Both the position numbers and the translations under genes were made by a program. The notes beneath the pieces were generated by a model that was not told where the DNA came from, did no database searches, and was given only the letters and a program-made list of their open reading frames with translations. This document shows positions 25,958-38,428 of a stretch of 64,000 bases of DNA, piece by piece. Source of the stretch: Octopus bimaculoides (lineage: Eukaryota); the NCBI RefSeq assembly GCF_001194135.2, contig NC_068988.1, positions 92,097,531 to 92,161,530 on the forward strand. Reading direction: 5' to 3'. The stretch's first letter is position 1, and each line of letters begins with the position of its first letter.

Positions 25958-25991
<34 letters not shown>

Positions 25992-26914
25992 CCTCGGACC
26001 AACCAAAGCTTTGTTAGTGGATTTGGTAGATGGAAACTGAAAGAATCCTGTCAACTATTCGAAACGCCAGTGTTAGAATGGTGGCAGCTGATGAAGGAAA
26101 TGTTCTCTATGTGGCGTGTGTGTTTTCTGTACTCTGTTCCTCATTTTGTCTACGTTTTGTTTGCAACGTCCTGTACCCAGATATGCATCTATATATACAG
26201 GTAGATGTAGGTATGTACATACATGTACGTATATATATGCATATACTCATTTATTANNNNNNNNNNNNNNNNNNNNNNNNNNNNNNNNNNNNNNNNNNNN
26301 NNNNNNNNNNNNNNNNNNNNNNNNNNNNNNNNNNNNNNNNNNNNNNNNNNNNNNNNNNNNNNNNNNNNNNGTACGTACACTTTGGTCTCATATATATATA
26401 CATATATATATATATATGTGTGTGTATATATATGTATTTATAGATGGAGTAGATGGAACAGGGACAACTGAAGAAGGGTAATATTCTTTATGTTGCATGT
26501 CTCGTTTCTCTGTTTTTTTCGTTGTTCAAAAAAATTTCGTTTTCTGTCTTCGTTTTATGTTTTCGTTTTTCATTGTGTTTAACGTTTTTTGTTTTTTTTG
26601 TGATGTCCTGTACCCATATATGCATGTATGTATACATATAGATGTAGGTATGTACATATATGTATGGATATATGCATATATTTATATATTATTTATGTTA
26701 CATATATACATACACATATCATCATCAATTATGTAACGCCTGCTTTCTATGCTGGAATGGTTGAACAATTTGACAGGAGCTGGCAAGTCCGAAGACTGCT
26801 CCAAGCTCAACAGCCTACTTGGTACGGTTTCTATGGGTGGATGCCCTTCCTAATACCAACCACTTTACAGAGTGTACTGGGTACTTTTTTACATGGCACC
26901 AACTCTCTCTATCC

Positions 26915-26947
<33 letters not shown>

Positions 26948-27128
26948 ACTACATACTGCCAGTTTTTCTAACATAGAGCATGTAAAACTCTCTTTAACTT
27001 CACACCTGTCAACTTTTCCCTGAAGAAGAACTCTGTCTTAAACACATTTTCCACTCCCCATAGCAAGTTCACTATATTCATGCTATTGATTTTACTAAAG
27101 AATTCAAATCTTACTGATGTAGTGTATT

Positions 27129-27295
27129 TATATGTCTGGTCATATAGTGACTGATGGTTTTGCATCCATAAAGCCTATGGACAACTCATCAGGTTGAAGA
27201 GGCATGTGCCCTCTGCCATTAGAGTCTGGCAAGTCATCATTAGAGTAAGCGCCTATGGATGTGAAACCATTGGTCATTCTATGACCAGACATATA
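27129..27295. mobile_element. MITE-like fold-back element
   Basis: Imperfect TIRs of about 45 nt (tatatgtctggtcatatagtgactgatggttttgcatccata / tatggatgtgaaaccattggtcattctatgaccagacatata) with TA-type ends. Confidence 0.7.
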
Positions 27296-27358
27296 CTTAA
27301 TTGCATATAATTAGATATGGACATATACATATGTACATAAGTGTATATAGATATGTGC

Positions 27359-27394
<36 letters not shown>

Positions 27395-27451
27395 ATGCAT
27401 ACATGCACAAGCACACACATATACATACATGCTCAAGGACATACATATACA

Positions 27452-27482
<31 letters not shown>

Positions 27483-27779
27483 TCTGACTTTTACTTGTTT
27501 TAGTCACATGGCTGCAGCCATCCCGGGGCACAGCCTTGAAGCATTTAGAACAAATTGAGCATACTGGTTCTTATTCTATCAGTCTCTTTTGCCAAACTGC
27601 TGAGTTATGGGAATGTAGACAAACTAACACCAGTTGTCAAGCTGCAGTTGGGGACAAACACAGGAACAAACTTTTCTAAAACAGTTTGAATATATTCTTG
27701 TGACATATTTGACCTTAGCGTGCATAATATATAATACATATGAAGAAATATATAGATATGACAAAAGATCAGACAAAAC

Positions 27780-29345
27780 ACATGAGAAAGCAATAAAAGC
27801 TAAGAGACCGGTTTGGAAAATCTGAAAAGAAGTTTGAAGCAGAGGACACTATAAAGTATCTAGAAGGGAAGCTAGGTATCAAGTATACTCAGCCAACTCA
27901 GAAACAGAAAGGAAGAGATTTACACATGTTCTACAGAATGAGAAACAGGGATGTGAGATGTTCTGGATTGCAAGAGAGCGTGCCTGAAAAAAACAGGATG
28001 TCACTGGGGAGAAGTATAACCAGAATAATCAAAGCATACTTAGCATTAGTGCTGCTGATACAAAAAGAATGAACAGCTATTAAGAGAAGTTATTGAATGA
28101 ACAGAAACAAGGGTCTGCCTCCTGGTGACCCAATAGAGGAACTAGAAATTCAAGTTAGCTGCAAGATGGTAGATAGACTGATTAAATAAAGATATGAATG
28201 TAAGTAAAGTTACAGGCTTACTGGGAATAGGTTCTGAGACTAAATATCTGGTGAAGTACCTGAATGTGGTATGATAGTAAACTGTTACAAGGGTAAAGGA
28301 GATGCATTAATTAGAGAGAGGAAATTACAGAGGTATCAAGTTGTTGAAACCAAATTATGAAGGTTTTAGAAAAAGCCATGGAATAATTGGTCAGAAACAA
28401 ATTTAGACTAGTTGAGATATTGTGTAGCTTTATGCTTTGAAGAGTTACTACTGTGCCATCATCCTGATGAAACAACTGCAGGAAAAATATTTAGCTAAGA
28501 GTAAGCAGCTACATGTAGTATTCATTGACTTAGAGAAGGCCTTTGATAAGGTAACAAACTCAGTAATCAGATGATCTCTAAGAAAACAAGGTGTAGATAA
28601 ATGACTTGTGAAGACTGCACAAGGTATGTAAAAAGTTACAGTCAGTCAAGTGAGAGTCAGTGATGACTTTAGCATGAAAGTAGAGATTCATCAAGGTGTA
28701 ATCCTCAGCCAACTGCTTTTCATTATAGTCTTACAAGCCATCACAAAGGAGTTCAAGACCAGCTGTCTATATGAATTATGTGTTGATGATCTACTTCTTG
28801 TAGCTGAATCTATAGTAGAAAAATTTGAGAAACAATTACAGACATGAAAGCAAAACTTAGAATCAATAGTCCTCAAAATAAACTTAGCAAAGACTAGGGT
28901 ATTAGAAGGTAAGAAGACAAGATCTCAATTCTACCAGGTAAATGGTTTTGCCTGATTTGCAGAAAAGTTGTAGCTTACACTAAGCACAGTGTAAGCTATG
29001 GATGTAGAAGAAACATAGTGGACTAATAAGTAGACTTTGTATGTGGCAGATGCATTGGAGTAATAACCAAGAACACACTTTAAATAGATTCTCTAAATTT
29101 TCAGCTTGTAGTTGATAGCTTCTGTTACCTAGGCGGCATAATTAACAGAGGAGATAGTTATTCCCAAAGTTTAATAACTGGAGTAAGAAGAGGTTGGCAA
29201 AAGTTGAGGAGCAGATTGTATACCTCTTGTGTTCAAACTGATATGTTGTATTGTAGTGACACTTGTGCCTTGAATGCAGGACACTTGCAAAGGCAAGAAA
29301 GAAATGGCTGTGTAGTGTTAATGTGCATGCACGCTAGAGTACAAA
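27780..29345 (+). mobile_element. Degenerate RTE LINE RT fragment
   Basis: VNCYKGKGDAL, VFIDLEKAFDKV and HQGVILSQLLFIIVL...CVDDLLLVAES (YADD region), interrupted by stops. Confidence 0.85.
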
Positions 29346-29384
29346 GAGCTAAGAGTAAAACAACTGAGTATTAGGAAAATCGAG

Positions 29385-30105
29385 TGTAGTGTGCTTCACC
29401 ACCTCATCCCAGGTCTTCCTGGGCCTGCCTCTTCCACAGGTTCCCTCCACAGCTTGGGTGTGGCACGTTTTCACACAGCTATCCTCATCCATTCTCGCCA
29501 CGTGACCATACCAGCGCAATCGTCTCTCTTGCACACCACAACTGATGCTTCTTAGGTTCAACATTTCTCTCAAGGNNNNNNNNNNACCAGCGCAATCGTC
29601 TCTCTTGCACACCACAACTGATGCTTCTTAGGTTCAACATTTCTCTCAAGGTACTTACACTCTGTTGAGTATGCACGCTGACATTACACATCTATCGGAG
29701 CATATTGGCTTCTTTCCTTTCGAGCTTATGCATGTCCTCAGCAGTCACGGCCTATGTTTCACTGCCATGTAGCATGGCTGTTCGTACACATGCGTCATAC
29801 AGTCTGCCTTTTACTCTGAGAGAGAGACCTTTTGTCACCAGCAGAGGTAAGAGCTCTCTGAAATTTGCCCAGGCTATTCTTATTCTAATAGCTACACTTT
29901 CAGCGCACCCTCCCCCACTACTAACTTGGTCACCTAGATAGCGGAAGCTATCAACTAGGTCTAGTTTTTCTCCTTGGAATGTGGCAGAAGTTGTTTTCTG
30001 CACATCTACAGTGTTTATTGCTTCTGAACATCTGCCACATACAAAAACTAACTTCCTAGTTAACCTTCGTTTGATATTGCTGCACCTCTTGTGTCCATAG
30101 CTTGC
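29385..30105 (-). mobile_element. RTE LINE 3' ORF fragment
   Basis: VDSFRYLGDQVSSGGG, RTAMLHGSET and RLRWYGHVARMDED...GRGRPRKTW. Confidence 0.9.
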
Positions 30106-30155
30106 ATTATATGTATATAATATATATATGTATGTATGTAATAGATATATGTGAT

Positions 30156-30198
<43 letters not shown>

Positions 30199-31617
30199 GT
30201 AACTCACAAGACAAGACCCACTTCAACTGAGATGGGGTCATATTGCAAGAGGTAGCATTATGCAAAGTGATGAGAAGTTAAAGGATGAAATGTGTGCAGC
30301 TCTACTCTCATGTAATTACAGCAGCTTAGTGAATAGCATTCTAGTCAGAAGAATGCTGGGTAAGAGATACATAAAAGACAAATTGAGTGCAGGGATATAG
30401 GCATTAAACGATATATTTTTTGGGGCCTTATTTTTGTTGTGCTGGAGGAGGTCACCATTGTACAAGATTATTCTTTATAATCACTATATATTTATCTTTT
30501 ATCTTTCACTTGTTTTGATCATTAGACTGTGGCCATGCTGGAGCACTGCCTTGAAGAATTTTTAGTTGAATGAATTGGCCTCAGTACTTTTTCTTTTTGT
30601 TAAACCTGGTATTTATCCTATCGGTCTCTTTTGCTGAACCACTAAGTTATGGTGGCATAAACATAGATACAAAGACATGCACACACACATATATATATAT
30701 GTACAATGGGCTTCTTCCTGTTTCCATCTACCAAATCCACTCACAAGACTTTGTTCAGCCCAAGGCTATAGTAGAAGACACTTGCTCCAGGTGCCATGTG
30801 GTCTGACTGAAATGGAATTGTGTTTGGAAAGCAAGCTTCTTACTACACAGCCACACCTGTGCCTGTAGTTGAATATTTTTCAACAACCATGTGTGATTGC
30901 TTCACTGGTTGGGAAACAAATTAATCATACTCTGCTCAATTAAGTATATAGTAATTATAAAGAAAAATTATGAATATAAACTCTGCAACTTAAAAAGCTG
31001 GTGTGTGGTGCAGAAACAAACGTTGTGATATACTATTAAAGCCTAATATCCCCAATCCCCAAACAGGCTCTCATAGAAGCAACATGGACTAAACACTTCT
31101 TAAGAAAACATAAAATTGCAATATTTTCACCAATTTCAATGTCATGATTTGTGAAACGCATTGCTCCAGTCCACTCAGTTAGCAATAAAAACAATCAGTG
31201 GTTTGAATGTGTATAGTCAAGACGATGTAACCAAGAAGACAAAGCAAGCATAAGGTGGGAGGTAATATGATGACAGAGATGTGAAGTATACACAAGAAAA
31301 GGGCAAGTATACAACAATAGACATAGTGAGATGGGATGATGGCAGTACAGGAAGGAAAGGTGGAGGTAGAGTGAACAGGGCTCAGTTGATTCAGTGAGGT
31401 CTCTTATACAGACTTTGAAATGGGCTTGAAGACTGGGTGATAAGAGTGATGGTAGGGGAAATAGAAAGTAGAGAGGTCTTGTGCCAATGAATGATATAAA
31501 TGATAGCGGTGGGTGGTAAGGATAAGGGGATAAGGGTAACAGGAAAGCAACAGGTAGAGGTTAAAGGGTATCAAAGTGTTGGAGAGGCAGCAATGCAAAT
31601 GTGCATGTGTGTGTGTT

Positions 31618-31655
<38 letters not shown>

Positions 31656-31844
31656 AATATTATTTCAAAGAGCATCAGGTTCAAAAAGGAGCTATGTTCT
31701 ACCACTTAAAGATAAGTGAATGAAAATATTTAATCCATAACCATTAGTCTGACAAAATATATTCTTTTTTGCTTATGGCTCATCAGCAAAAGAATATATT
31801 TCGTCATTTGTCGGATTAACAATTTTATATATACATATATATAA

Positions 31845-32040
31845 TGGCTTAGTGGTTAGGGTGTTGGACTCATGATTGTAAGATTGTGGTTTCAATTCAT
31901 GGACCAGGTGATGCATTGTATTCTTGAGCAAAACACTTCATTTCGTGTTGCTCCAGTCCACTCAGCTGGCAAAAATGAGCAGTCCTGTGACGGACTGGTG
32001 TCCCATCCAGATGGGGAATTTGTATGCCATGGAATTTGTA
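31845..32040 (+). mobile_element. tRNA-derived SINE (different family); related copy at about 40530-40740
   Basis: ggcttagtggttagggtgttggactca...ggtttcaattc head, then ttcttgagcaaaacacttcatttc. Confidence 0.7.
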
Positions 32041-32397
32041 TACCTGAGAAGGTAACTTTATTTTTTTTTTAAATGAAAGGCATTTGATTCCTGTTATACA
32101 CAGCCTTTCTCTCAAGTAATCTGTACTGTATTGTTCATACATAATGATTGAATATTCAGCAAATTATGCTCACCTTATTTCTTTCTAGCCTTCATAAACC
32201 CTCTGGATTCAAAGGCTCAGGTTTCACAACCATATAACACTGCACTTCATTTACAAACGACATACGACGTACCCTCCACTCTTACCTAAGGGAGAGGCTT
32301 TTTGATGCCAGCAAAGCTGATAGTACCTTGAATTTTTTCCCTCAACTGTTTTTACTGTTCTACTTCTCCAAACCCTCACCTTTTATATACTCTTAAC

Positions 32398-32800
32398 TCT
32401 TTTACTTGTTTCAGTCATTTGACTGCGGCCATGCTGGGGCACCGCCTTTAGTCGAGCAAATCGACCCCAGGACTTATTCTTTGTAAGCCCAGTACTTATT
32501 CTATCGGTCTCTTTTTGTCGAACCGCTACGTTACAGGGACGTAAACACACCAGCATCAGATGTCAAGCGAAGTTGGGGGGACAAATACAGATACACAAAC
32601 ATATACACATGCACACACATATATATATACATATATACGATGGGCTTCTTTCAGTTTCCGTCTGCCAAATCCACTCACAAAGCTTTGGTTGGCCTGAGGT
32701 TATAATAGAAGACACTTGCCCAAGGTGCCACACAGTGGGACTGAACCCAGAACCATGTGGTTGGTAAGCAAGCTACCTACCACACAGCCACTCCTGCGCC
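32398..32800 (-). mobile_element. SINE family A, full-length reverse copy
   Basis: Reverse complement of 19083-19482. Other partial reverse copies at about 30500-30870, 38520-38785, 45020-45180, 45895-46045 and 59130-59290. Confidence 0.85.
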
Positions 32801-33349
32801 TATATATATGTATATATCATCATCATCATCATTCTTTTTTCATGCCAACATGGGTCAGATGATTTAACAAAAGTAGATGAGCCCGAAGGGTTGCCTGGTT
32901 TTGTGTGTATACACACACATACATGTCTGTATGTATGTATGTATGTATGTATGTAAAGGTCTAACAGTTGGTAGTATGAATTGCTAGAGAAAGCTTGCAC
33001 TCTTATGCAAGTATGGCAGAAAGATCACTGAAATGGGTTAGGGTTAGGGTTAGATGCTCTTGCTGCATTCATCCTCTGTTCTCTCCTCCAACTTCTATAA
33101 GGCCTTCCCTTCTCATTTTCTCTCAATGATCTTATTACATTCATTCACTGCACCTACATTCCTCTGCCTCTCTTTCTCTCACCGACCCTCTCCTCATGTC
33201 TTCTTCATCTCCACAACATCCTCTCATTTCCCCCCCTCTCTCTCTCTCTCTCTGTCCTGCGCAACACCCCAACCTCTCTTTCACTGACCTTCACCCCACA
33301 GCTTCTCCAGCTCACCACCCTCATCCCTATCTCTTTCATGCACCTGTTA

Positions 33350-33590
33350 AAACAAATTGCACATCCATATTGGTTTCAAATTTTGGCACAAGGCCAGCAA
33401 GTTCAGGGGAGGGGGCTAAGTAAATTACATCAACCCTGGAGTTCAACAGGTACTTATTTTATCGACCCCAGAAGGATGAAAGGCATGATCAACTTTGGCA
33501 GAATTTGAACTCAGAATGTGAAGATGGATGAAACGGCGCTAAGCATTTTGCCTGATGTGCTAACAATTCTGCTAGCTCACTGTCTTATAA
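33350..33590 (-). mobile_element. SINE, further family; related forward copy at about 47905-48130
   Basis: Mutually similar sequences: atgcttagc...ttctgagttcaaattctgcc...tttcatccttc...ggggtcgataaaataagtacc. Confidence 0.65.
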
Positions 33591-35587
33591 TCACGTTCAT
33601 ATTAAGTCCTACGTGAGACAGCACTGGACAACCATTACTCCACCTTCCCAAAGGTCCTTACTACTGTATCTCTTTCTCACACAGCCCTAACATGGTTCTT
33701 TCCCTTCCCCTGTCCCATCCATTACTTCCCCAACTGTACCTCTTCTGCTACTATTCATTCCACTAACACTCTCTTACAACAATAAACATGTTCCTCCCAT
33801 TACATTTTTATATTCACCTACAGTCATCACTCTCTCTCTCTCCTACTCTCCCTCTTAGTCATGGTAACTCTTTAGTCTTGCTGGTTACAAGGCAATCTCA
33901 CTAGTGCTGGTGCTATGGAAATAGCATGCAGTACATTCTGTAAAATATTTGGCAAATTGAGAAGAGAGGACTAAGGTTGAAAAGACTCTTCAGTCTTGCC
34001 AAGGGCATGGCAGCCACTCTAGTGATGGTATTATGAAAAACATGTGCCTTTTACACTGAGTAAAATGGTTGATATCAAGAAAGGCATTCAGACATAGAAG
34101 AACCATGTCAAAACTGAAATGTTTGAGTGAGATGTGATCCTCTGACCTGTCAGATCCTGTCAAACTGTCCAACCCATGCCAGCATGGAAAGCAGGCATGA
34201 AAATCATCAAGCTTACTTCACAACCATTTGGTTTCAGGTTCAATCCCACTGTGTGGCACCTTGGATGACTCCTATAGCTCCAAGCTTGTGAGAGGATTTG
34301 GTAGATGTAAAACCCAAAAGAAACCTGTTGCATCTATGTATGTGTATGTTTGTGTGTACTCTTATCTTGACACCATGTGTCAGACAAGGTTGAGCAGTGA
34401 GAGAGAAATGAGAGGATGTTGTGGAGGTGAAGAAGACAGGGGGAGAGGGTCAGTGAGAGGGGAAAAAAGCAGTGGAATTTAGGAGCAGTGGATTAATCTA
34501 ATAGGAACTCACTTGGACTATGACAATTCATCCAACCTCTATCGTTCTCTAAAGCAAAGATGATAATGAACTTGATGTGTTGTTGAGAAATTTGCCTTCC
34601 AATCATGTGATCTTGAGTTGAGCCCTACTGCGTGGCACCTTGGACAAGTGTCTTCTACTATAGCCCCAGGCCAAACAAAGCCTTGTGAGTGGATTAGGTA
34701 GACAGAAACTGAAAGAAACCTGTCGTGTGTACTCGTGTGTTGAAATCACGTTATTTTGTAAGAGAGCGTCACCATTATACAAGCGATGTTATTCGTTTCT
34801 AGTCTTCCATGGAAAACATGCCTGGCCATGGGGAAAATATTATCTTACTTGGAAACAGATGAGGGTTGACGATGGGAAGGGTAGCCGACCAGAGAAAATT
34901 TATATGAACGCTTTCCATCTGATCCATGCAAACATGGAAAAGTGGACGCTAAATGATGATACGTTTCTATGTAAATGTGTAAAAAGAAGAATGAATGAAA
35001 GTGAAAGAAAATTTTAATTCTTAGTAATTGACATTACATTACGATAGACACATCCAATAGTTCAATGAATGGTCCGAATATATTATGTTTGCGAAAATGA
35101 CTCCAGGTAAACTCTTGTAAATTGAGACTGCCCGAAGTTTCATATCTGACGCCGTATATACTTTTGCCGAAATGCCATATTCTTTTCATAGTGTTCCGTA
35201 CGTAAGGCTGCATCGCTTGGTAGGATTGATTTACAGCTTTATAGGGACTCGGACAAACCAATGCAGTCTCTACACGCACAACAACGGCATTCAGAGATTA
35301 GCTTTAGGCTCCTAAATCCTTAGGACCCTTGGGCAACTGTCTACTACGGCGATACCTTAACCCTCTGCTTGTTCAAATAATTTTCGTAAGTTTGCCCGAG
35401 GCTTTTAGTTAGCCCGGACACCTGGGAAACATGTACAGTGCATCACAAGTAATACAAAGAATAAGCAAGGTGTTCAGACGGCACTCATCGTTGGGGATTT
35501 AAGAAATTAATTGACTATATTTTAATGTAATAGTTTATCTTTGTTCTCTGGCATTATATATGCAAAAATTTAAAGATCGCCTACGCA

Positions 35588-35634
<47 letters not shown>

Positions 35635-37804
35635 ATACTAATTTATAATTATATTAAAGGGTGCGGATAAAACCCACCAACACGCTAGAAATAGACGCCA
35701 AATGGCTCTAAAAACCGCATCTACACTCCGTTAGTATAGGTTGTAAGCGGGCAGATTAGCATTACTTGTGTATATATGTGTATAAAACATGGTCTGTGTA
35801 TAACATACATACATGAGTGTTAGTTTCCATGTCTATGTTTATACCGATCTAAAACCGGTGTCGTTTATTTGTTTCTTTTCCTATGGTAGCAGTTCGACAA
35901 ATAAAAGTCGATAAAATAAGCATCAGACTGTAATAAATACTGATGTCGATATGATTTACAAAACCACTGAGGGCGGTATTCCAACATGGTCTCAGTCCAG
36001 TGACTGACACCAGTAGCAAAACGAAAAAAAATATTATAAATTCACACGTTTTCTAGGTGGCATGAGTGTCAACACTTTAGGGTGGATTTCATTTATTGCC
36101 AATATTAAGTAAATTTATAAAACATGGAATATCTAAACTTCTATACGAAGTGACATTAGGGTCGGGGAAATACAACATAAAGAAAATACATTGATAGAAG
36201 AAATAGTAAACAAATTTCGGTGCGAATAAATTATCACGGGGTACATAAACATATTTACACCGGGTGAAGAAGACCTGTAGTGGATTGTTAAATAATGTTT
36301 ACCAAAGTCCATTTGACATTTCTGTGTGTGTGTCATCAGCTGCCGGTATGTAAGTGTGCATATAAACAGATCCACTGGCCCGGATTAAAAATTAAGGGCA
36401 CAAGACGGAGTGGGGAACCAGTTTTATTTTCCCTTCTTTTGCAGTTTCGGATTTCCTATGTTGTGACCGAACCAGGCCTCTACAAATTTTTTTTAAAAAA
36501 TGAAACGTTGTGTAATTTGTATTTTTCCCCTGTTATCCTGGTTGTAATAAATAATTTTTAAAAAAAAGACAAACTATTTAAAGGTTGTTATGTGCTGTGT
36601 CTCGAAGAAAAAAGAATTTTAGATCCATTATTTCACATTCACCATTTATTTTCGAGTGTCTTGCACGTCAGATTATTTATTATTTATTTATGATAATGGA
36701 ATGGGTTGAGGGTCACCTTCGCTGGGTTTCGCTTAGGGGCATTTGGCTCTGCTTGTAACATACAGTTGTTTTAATAATAAGTCATCATACTGATCAATAA
36801 ATTTATACTCGTTTATTTATTTTTATTTTTCGAATAATATAAATAATATAAAACTAAATAGTCAGAATAAGAGAAGTATGTATTTCCGCCTTTGTGTAAA
36901 GGATCTGTGTTTAATTGTCGAAGCGGAAGGTAGTATTGCGATTCGATTTCAAATCCTAGTTTGATCCTCTTACCCTCCTGTCAAAATGTTGAGTTGTATA
37001 TAATGAATACGTGTATGTGTATATATGTGTGTGTGTGTGTGTGTGTGTAATATAACAGGAAATTACTCACAGATTCTGGTTAGTAAAATAAGAGCCAACG
37101 ACCGAATGTCTGATAGAATGTAATCTCAGCCGGTTGAAATGATGTTGTTTGTATGAGAACAGACACAGGGACAATGTTAGAGAAAGTGTGTGTGTGGGGG
37201 GGAGACGGAAAGATAGTGTATGAGAGAGAGAGAGAGAAACACAGGGGCAGTGTGAAAGAGAGAAACAAAGACAACGTGAGAGAAATGGGGGTGACACAGG
37301 CACAGTGTGAGGGAGAAAGAAACAGATCGACAGTATGCGATAGATGGTTGTCTGAAAACATACCTCTACTTTTAGACTCTACGTTTTTACGACTTTTGCT
37401 TGCTTACCTTGTCTAACATGTTTGTTCTCATATTCTCTATCTAGCTACCTATATGTCCATGTTATCTCACGTCAACACTTTCTTTATTTCAGTTTTCTGT
37501 ATAATTTTCTTGTAGTAAATTAACTAGATTTTCTGTTTCATTTTTACACGCATACATGCATACAGAAAGACAGACACACAGATAGATAGAATGATCGATC
37601 GATAGATAGATAGATAGATATAGGGTATTTGCTTCGGTCTGTCTCTTACCCAGTACATAGTTCTTCCTCATCGAGTTCCCCTGTCTCTCTTTCTGTGTAG
37701 CCAAAGTTGTTTCCTCTTCATACTCCTCTCCTCCTCCGTTATTATTCATCATGTTCTATATTTTTAGATCTGATTTCTAACTATATTTCCTTCTTCTTTC
37801 CACC

Positions 37805-37835
<31 letters not shown>

Positions 37836-38233
37836 NNNNNNNNNNNNNNNNNNNNNNNNNNNNNNNNNNNNNNNNNNNNNNNNNNNNNNNNNNNNNNNNN
37901 NNNNNNNNNNNNNNNNNNNNNNNNNNNNNNNNNNNNNNNNNNNNNNNNNNNNNNNNNNNNNNNNNNNNNNNNNNNNNNNNNNNNNNNNNNNNNNNNNNNN
38001 NNNNNNNNNNNNNNNNNNNNNNNNNNNNNNNNNNNNNNNNNNNNNNNNNNNNNNNNNNNNNNNNNNNNNNNNNNNNNNNNNNNNNNNNNNNNNNNNNNNN
38101 NNNNNNNNNNNNNNNNNNNNNNNNNNNNNNNNNNNNNNNNNNNNNNNNNNNNNNNNNNNNNNNNNNNNNNNNNNNNNNNNNNNNNNNNNNNNNNNNNNNN
38201 NNNNNNNNNNNNNNNNNNNNNNNNNNNNNNNNN

Positions 38234-38296
<63 letters not shown>

Positions 38297-38374
38297 GTAT
38301 GTATATGTACATATTTATATATATGTATATATATATGTATGTATGTATATGTATATATTTTTATATATATATGT

Positions 38375-38428
<54 letters not shown>

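Noticed and set aside
29505-29655. Tandem duplication inside the RTE fragment
   Set aside because: Identical copies on either side of an 11-N gap; probably an assembly artefact.
33035-33053. Interstitial telomeric repeat (TTAGGG)x3
   Set aside because: Too short to indicate a fusion or healing site.
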